From an uncultured Alteromonas sp. (GTDB lineage: Bacteria > Pseudomonadota > Gammaproteobacteria > Enterobacterales > Alteromonadaceae): a stretch of 64,000 bases of DNA. The notes under the pieces are model-generated. The model did no database searches and was not told where the DNA came from. It saw nothing but the letters and a program-made list of their open reading frames with translations. A program made the position numbers and the translations under genes. Of the stretch, positions 58,956-64,000 are shown one piece after another. The stretch is taken from positions 2,463 through 66,462 of the forward strand of contig CAWUJV010000013.1 of NCBI GenBank assembly GCA_963922845.1, given 5' to 3'. Every line of letters starts with the position of its first letter. Within the stretch, counting starts at the first letter, position 1.

Positions 58956-59474
58956 TTAACGTTGAACTATTAATGCATCCTCTAGATGCATGCGCTCAGA
59001 TTTCACTGTTCTGGTTAACCAAGTCGAGGCAAATACCCCAGACAAAGCGCCAACCATTCCCGCCATTGTGGGTATAGTTGCTTTGGACACGCCCGATGCC
59101 ATAGAACGGGCGTTGCCTGAACCAGAAATTGCCATCACGTCGAAAACTTCGATCATACCGGTCACCGTTCCCATCAAACCTAACAGTGGACACAAGGCCA
59201 CCAATGATTGAATGATAGGAATGCTACCGTTTAGCTTTAAGCTGATATCAGAAATGACTTTCTGACGAATTTGCTCAGCGTTCCAAGATGACCGGTCTTC
59301 TCTGTTTTGCCACATTGTGACGGCTTGACGCACATTGTTTTTGTGCGTCACGAAAACATATAGCGCACGCTCGAGGATCAAAAGCCACATGACGAAGATT
59401 AAGAACCCGATGACCAACAATACTTGGCCACCTGTTTCTGTAAAATCGCGTATTGCTTCTAGAAACTCGATCAT
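58956..59474 (-). CDS. exbB: MotA/TolQ/ExbB proton-channel protein
   Basis: 172 aa with three TM segments and the motif LLGLMGTVTGMIEVF. Confidence 0.9.
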   Translation of the reverse strand: MIEFLEAIRDFTETGGQVLLVIGFLIFVMWLLILERALYVFVTHKNNVRQAVTMWQNREDRSSWNAEQIRQKVISDISLKLNGSIPIIQSLVALCPLLGLMGTVTGMIEVFDVMAISGSGNARSMASGVSKATIPTMAGMVGALSGVFASTWLTRTVKSERMHLEDALIVQR

Positions 59475-59479
59475 GATGA

Positions 59480-60847
59480 TTAGCCTCGCTCTGCGCGCTC
59501 AGCAATCACACCAGACGCCTGCTCTTGCAAAATATTGACGATGTTTTTGCTTTGTGTATTCAGCAATGCATATAGCAAGGTAGTTGGGATAGCGACAACA
59601 AGACCAAGTACCGTCGTAACAAGTGCTTGTGAAATACCGCCTGCCATCAATTTAGGGTCACCAGTACCGAACAAGGTAATGGCTTGGAAAGTATTAATCA
59701 TACCCGTAACCGTACCCAATAGACCGGCAAGTGGCGCAACTACCGAGATAATCTTGATGACGGTTAGGTTGCGTTGTAGTTTAGGTAGCTCACCCAGAAT
59801 TGCCTCTGTTAAATGCAGTTCGAGTGCTTCTGTGTCTGCTTTAGGGTAAGCATCACGTACTTTCAGTACACGACCCAATGGGTTGTTATCTTTTACGTCT
59901 TTAGACTTAAGCTGGCTATTGACCTTCATGCGCGTCAAAGACAGTGTGATGAATCGCTCTAGTGCCAGTAGAAGACCAATCGCACCTACAACCAAGATGA
60001 TGTAACCAACAAGACCACCTTGCTCGACACGCTCTTTAAGGTTAGGCGCTTGAACAAGTAGACCAAGAATCGAACCACCAGTTGGATCTAGACCGAATTT
60101 AACCAACTCACCGCTTGATGCTTGAAGCGCGGCAGCACTCTCACCGTAACGCTCTGGTGGTTGACGAACTAGCTCTGCTACTGTGCCAGTTACACCGTTG
60201 TAATCGAGAAATTGACCGTCAGAAACCAAGGCAAACGGCCCTACGCGAACCACTTCTTTGTTCACTTTCGCACCACCAGCTTCAACGACATCGGTAGTGA
60301 AGCGTGTAACTTTGCCTGCTTCGGTCATTTCGCGTTGCAGTTCAAACCACACGCGCTCAATCTCTTCGATAGAAGCTAGCTTAGAGCTAGAGCCCATTGA
60401 TTGTGCCATGTCATCAAGGAATTGCGAACGACCTGGGATTTGCGCCGATACGACAGAGTTATAGAACTTGTTCTTAGTATCGCCAGCGACTTGTTGAAGC
60501 ACACCAAATAGCTCTTTCAATGAGCCAAGGCGGTTATCCAACGTGCCGTTCAAATCGGCAATTTTGAATTCATTTTCTTCAAACTGTGTTTCAAGACGCT
60601 CTGACTCTTTAAGCATGTTATCGCGAAGCTGAGCCGTTTCGCGCAAGATGCGGTCTTGCTCAGAACGCATAGAGATAAACTCTTGCTCACGTGCTTTATT
60701 TTGTTCAGTTTGAGCAAACTTACCTTCTTCTAGCTGCTTGAGCAACGCGTCAAGGTCAAGGGCGCGATCATTAGCCGAAGCACCGAAGCTCAGAGTTGCA
60801 GCAGTAAGACCAGCAGCAACGAATTTTAACGATTTCAACATTGTCAT
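59480..60847 (-). CDS. ttpC: Large MotA/TolQ/ExbB-family protein, TtpC-like
   Basis: 455 aa: signal peptide, periplasmic coiled-coil N-domain, and a C-terminal ExbB-like channel (LAGLLGTVTGMINTF). This is the Vibrio TonB2-system architecture. Confidence 0.8.
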   Translation of the reverse strand: MTMLKSLKFVAAGLTAATLSFGASANDRALDLDALLKQLEEGKFAQTEQNKAREQEFISMRSEQDRILRETAQLRDNMLKESERLETQFEENEFKIADLNGTLDNRLGSLKELFGVLQQVAGDTKNKFYNSVVSAQIPGRSQFLDDMAQSMGSSSKLASIEEIERVWFELQREMTEAGKVTRFTTDVVEAGGAKVNKEVVRVGPFALVSDGQFLDYNGVTGTVAELVRQPPERYGESAAALQASSGELVKFGLDPTGGSILGLLVQAPNLKERVEQGGLVGYIILVVGAIGLLLALERFITLSLTRMKVNSQLKSKDVKDNNPLGRVLKVRDAYPKADTEALELHLTEAILGELPKLQRNLTVIKIISVVAPLAGLLGTVTGMINTFQAITLFGTGDPKLMAGGISQALVTTVLGLVVAIPTTLLYALLNTQSKNIVNILQEQASGVIAERAERG

Positions 60848-60854
60848 GTACCCC

Positions 60855-61613
60855 TTAGTCCGTAATCGCTACTGGTAGTGTTAGCAAGTCTGGCGCAAGC
60901 TGTTTCTTCGCCATACGAAGGCCTTTAGTTACCTGTGTACGGTAGCTGCTATCTAGCTCTTCCCACTGACGCGTTTGTTTGTTCCAAACACCTTGTTGAC
61001 TCGCATCGCGAGTTTGATATATCAATGCAGTACGGCCGACGCGAAGGAATTCTACGTCACGCTCTTGACCGCCGATTGAATGAATTCCAGTGTACGCTTC
61101 CATTGTGCGGCCGTAGTCCATTTCAACTTGGTACGCTTCCATTACACGACGGAATTTTTCAGAAGAAGCGACATCTGCTCTATCCATCATCGCTTTTAGG
61201 TCTGCAATACGGTCTGCTCGCTCTTGAGCAAGAAAAGGGACATCCAATGCAATAAACTGCTCTAGGCCATCAATCATGCGAAGCATTAATGGAGTGATCT
61301 GGCGCTCAATGACTGACACTTCATCAATCGCTGAGTTAAGGTCTACCATTTCTTGGTTTTGATTGGCAATTTGCTTGCGAAGTTGGTTGTTGTAAACCTC
61401 CAAGCCTTCGATTTCTTTGCTCAGTGTTTTGAACTGCTGCAATTTACTATCAATTTGATCAGTAATGCCGTCAATTGTCTGTTGTGATGCCGCCGCAGAC
61501 TCATTAATTTCAGTGGCTGTTTTTACCGCTGGTTTTAAGACGTCGTCTTCTTGAGCTAAGGCGGAAGATGCCATGACGGCAGACGCCACGAGCAAAGTGT
61601 TGAAAAGCTTCAT
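60855..61613 (-). CDS. ttpB: DUF3450-type periplasmic coiled-coil protein, TtpB-like
   Basis: The start is set at MKLFNTLLVASAVMASSALAQ (internal Met). The protein is coiled-coil rich and is the first gene of the cluster. Confidence 0.7.
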   Translation of the reverse strand: MKLFNTLLVASAVMASSALAQEDDVLKPAVKTATEINESAAASQQTIDGITDQIDSKLQQFKTLSKEIEGLEVYNNQLRKQIANQNQEMVDLNSAIDEVSVIERQITPLMLRMIDGLEQFIALDVPFLAQERADRIADLKAMMDRADVASSEKFRRVMEAYQVEMDYGRTMEAYTGIHSIGGQERDVEFLRVGRTALIYQTRDASQQGVWNKQTRQWEELDSSYRTQVTKGLRMAKKQLAPDLLTLPVAITD

Positions 61614-61971
61614 ACATTCAAACCTTAAAGTTAAAAAAAATCGGATGTATCCGACCCTAAAAATTCTGCGCGTAGCATAGGGGCTTTCCATGACAGTTTT
61701 ATTACATATCCGTCATATTTGAAGTAACCCAAACACGCTTAAATCATTATTATTCGTTTAAAATCAATAAAATAACATCTCATTCAATGTGTCATATAAA
61801 TTCGCATGACAAATCAGTCGATGGTTTATTCGACTCGTATCCACTGCAATAAGTAGAGGAAGTCTATGAATTTAATTCACAAAATCATTGTGAACGCGTT
61901 TTATGACAATGTTGTTAAAGAAAACGCTTTACCATCAATTCAACGGTTTATAACCAATTAGGCGTAGTAAT

Positions 61972-62000
61972 AAAAAAAGGCCGCAAAGCGGCCTTTTTTT
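61972..62000. terminator. Bidirectional rho-independent terminator after the TonB-dependent receptor
   Basis: A7-GGCCGC-AAA-GCGGCC-T7. Confidence 0.85.
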
Positions 62001-62014
62001 GCAACACAGACAGT

Positions 62015-64000
62015 TTAGAAATCGTAAGAAAAACGAATGTCGAAAGTCGTTCCGACAGTTTCGTTCCAAATGGCGATGCCTTCCTGTTCAATTTGCTTCT
62101 CTTCATCCAATACATTGCGCGCTCTGAAGCGAATCGTCGTATTGAAGTCAGGGTAGTAGGTATAAACCAAATCCAACGAATGGAACGGTTGCTCTTCACC
62201 ATCTTCGAAGCCATTAGCACCTGGGATAATGATACGCGGACCGAATACGTTGTATACCAAAGACGCACTGTGCTCACCGTTGTCCGAGTCATAACCTAAT
62301 TGTAGGTTAGCAACCCATTCAGAGTGGCCCACCAAGCGACGCTTGTCGTTTGTTGGCGCGTTAGTGATTTGGAACGCTTCGAATGCTTCGTCAGACGTAT
62401 TGTCAGACACCGCAAAGAAGACTTGTTCGAAGAACAAACTATCGCGATTTTGAACACCCAAGGTCACTTCAGAATCAGAGAACGTAAAGTTACCTGATGT
62501 ATAGAAAGCATTACCCCAGTCACCCAAGAACGCTAAGTCTTGTAGGAACTCAATCTCAATACCATACAACTCACCGGTTTCACCGTTTGCGGTAAGAAGT
62601 TGCTGCGCCCCTTCTGTCGCTGATGGAAGTTCGATAAGTTCAATTGGCGAATCGATATCCTTGTAGAAAAGTGCAACTGACAAGTTATTGCCATTTTCAC
62701 GGTACCATTCCCAACGGAAGTCGATATTGGTCAAGTCTGAACTTTGTAGTCGCGTAGAACCACGAACAAGTAAGTCTGTTAACGGGTCAATATAGAAGCT
62801 GGTCGATAAGTCACGCAAATCAGGGCGAATTGTCGTCTCACTAACGTTTAGTCGTAGTTGGTGACCACCGTCCATTTGATACGTGACCGCAAGCGATGGA
62901 TAGAAACTATCTTCTGATACCGCAAGCTCGGCCAATTCTTCTGAAGTCGCGTCGAATACCCCGATATGTGGTAAGTTCGGAATGGAGATTTGTTTAAAAT
63001 CTTCATAACGAACACCACCCGTGATACGCCACTCTCCAAAAATAGCATCAGCTAAAAAGTAGTACGCATCAATATCTTGAGCTGCAACGTATTTGTCACC
63101 GCCTATGGTATTGTCTTCAAATTCAACATCAAATAGTGGGTCGGCAAGGACGTCATCGCTGAAGATTTGACTGTAGTCACCACCCGCGAGGAAATCACGT
63201 GGTACGCTTCGTGTTAGCAAGTCTACTGTGACATTGTCACCAGCACGGGCTTTCTCAAAGAAGTCGGCGCCCACTTTAAATTCAAGCTCGTAACCACTAC
63301 CAAAAACAGGAAGTGAGGCATTCCAGCCATAGCTCTTCGCTTCATCTTGAAGCGTTTGCCATGTGTATTCAACACCACTCACCTGACTTAAGTTGGTTGT
63401 CACTTCGCCCGTATTCTCGTCGATCTCTTGGAAGAACAAGGCTTCGAAACCACCTGGTGCTTCACGGCTTGCTTCTGACTCAGAGTAATACCAATCTGCG
63501 CCAATATTCCAGTAGTCTGGGAAGTTGTGAATCCCTTTTAACTGGTGAGAAATCATTTCACGTTCTTCGTAGATAACGTCTACAACACGTTGTTGTTCAA
63601 AAGGTTCAGCAATCGTGTTAGTGGACTCTCTTAAACGGTCACGTAAACGATCACGCGCATCGTGAAGAATCATATTGTTAAATTCAAAACGGTGGTTGCT
63701 GTTGTATTTGAATCCAACGTTAAACATCCCACTCCATTTAACCGAGTGTTCTGTCGATTCACCGTCCTCGAATTCGTTGATACCAATGGTACCGTCACCC
63801 GTTCGGGCTAGATTGTATACGTTGCGCTCTTCACTGGCCTGCCAACTGTTTGAGTAACTGGCTGCCGCTAAGAAACCAAGACGCATATCATCGCCAAGGT
63901 CTAAGTAATCACCAAAATTCGCGCCAAACGAGTAGTTTGGATCGAGAGACTCTGGCGTCGCAGAAATATCGCGATTCAACTCAGACAAGATGGCAATATT
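62015..64000 (-). CDS. TonB-dependent outer-membrane receptor, C-terminal ~660 aa (5' end lies outside the window)
   Basis: Beta-barrel repeats ending in ...TTFDIRFSYDF. The frame is still open at the window edge. Confidence 0.85.
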   Translation of the reverse strand, partial: NIAILSELNRDISATPESLDPNYSFGANFGDYLDLGDDMRLGFLAAASYSNSWQASEERNVYNLARTGDGTIGINEFEDGESTEHSVKWSGMFNVGFKYNSNHRFEFNNMILHDARDRLRDRLRESTNTIAEPFEQQRVVDVIYEEREMISHQLKGIHNFPDYWNIGADWYYSESEASREAPGGFEALFFQEIDENTGEVTTNLSQVSGVEYTWQTLQDEAKSYGWNASLPVFGSGYELEFKVGADFFEKARAGDNVTVDLLTRSVPRDFLAGGDYSQIFSDDVLADPLFDVEFEDNTIGGDKYVAAQDIDAYYFLADAIFGEWRITGGVRYEDFKQISIPNLPHIGVFDATSEELAELAVSEDSFYPSLAVTYQMDGGHQLRLNVSETTIRPDLRDLSTSFYIDPLTDLLVRGSTRLQSSDLTNIDFRWEWYRENGNNLSVALFYKDIDSPIELIELPSATEGAQQLLTANGETGELYGIEIEFLQDLAFLGDWGNAFYTSGNFTFSDSEVTLGVQNRDSLFFEQVFFAVSDNTSDEAFEAFQITNAPTNDKRRLVGHSEWVANLQLGYDSDNGEHSASLVYNVFGPRIIIPGANGFEDGEEQPFHSLDLVYTYYPDFNTTIRFRARNVLDEEKQIEQEGIAIWNETVGTTFDIRFSYDF

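Noticed and set aside
61948-62292. 114-aa minus-strand ORF
   Set aside because: It overlaps the 3' end of the TonB-dependent receptor in another frame and runs through the bidirectional terminator.
1-64000. Whole-window search for CRISPR arrays, tRNA/rRNA genes, IS elements, integrases and phage or defence genes
   Set aside because: I saw no regularly spaced direct repeats, no cloverleaf-like segments in the intergenic gaps, and no transposase or phage-like ORFs. XerD is the housekeeping recombinase, judged by its synteny with dsbC-recJ.

Overview
This 64-kb window is chromosomal DNA from a gammaproteobacterium. Gene content and synteny resemble marine Alteromonadales/Vibrionales-type genomes, but that placement is inference only. 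I can support about 55 protein-coding genes. I saw no rRNA, tRNA, CRISPR array, transposase or integrase-type mobile element (xerD is the housekeeping recombinase). The backbone is a chain of E. coli-like housekeeping blocks: rplM-rpsI-petABC-sspAB; rlmD-relA-mazG; recJ-orf91-recO-(416-bp gap)-pdxJ-acpS, preceded by djlA-xerD-dsbC; the divergent lptD-surA-pdxA-rsmA-apaG-apaH; and lysC and acnB. More accessory-looking segments are as follows. (i) 1-10.6 kb holds an XRE regulator, a membrane-tethered LytTR protein, a serine hydrolase, an HTH-only Crp-like ORF, unknown proteins, a TPR-sulfotransferase and a TonB-dependent receptor. (ii) 10.8-18 kb holds a BCCT transporter, MarR, MgtE, a two-component pair, a Zn-finger-less DksA paralog and a hydrolase remnant. 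(iii) 41.8-47.3 kb holds an MCP, a degenerate 5'-nucleotidase homolog and a diguanylate cyclase. (iv) 52.4-64 kb holds an acyl-CoA ligase, a PagL-like protein, a secreted TonB_C protein, a Vibrio-type TonB2 cluster (TtpB-TtpC-ExbB-ExbD-TonB-TtpD) and a second TonB-dependent receptor. The observations most worth a second look are: a periplasmic 5'-nucleotidase homolog that has lost its metal-binding catalytic motifs and is translationally coupled (ATGA overlap) to a membrane GGDEF cyclase; a 30-bp perfect palindrome containing a canonical LexA box upstream of an unknown protein with a MerR-like N-terminus; a DksA2-type paralog behind a near-consensus Zur box; a tightly coupled unknown 91-aa ORF between recJ and recO; and a 670-bp non-coding region beside the TonB2 cluster with an orphan terminator, a structured candidate sRNA and a RyhB-core-like motif. 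All functional calls rest on motifs read by eye and on remembered family knowledge. No database search was run.
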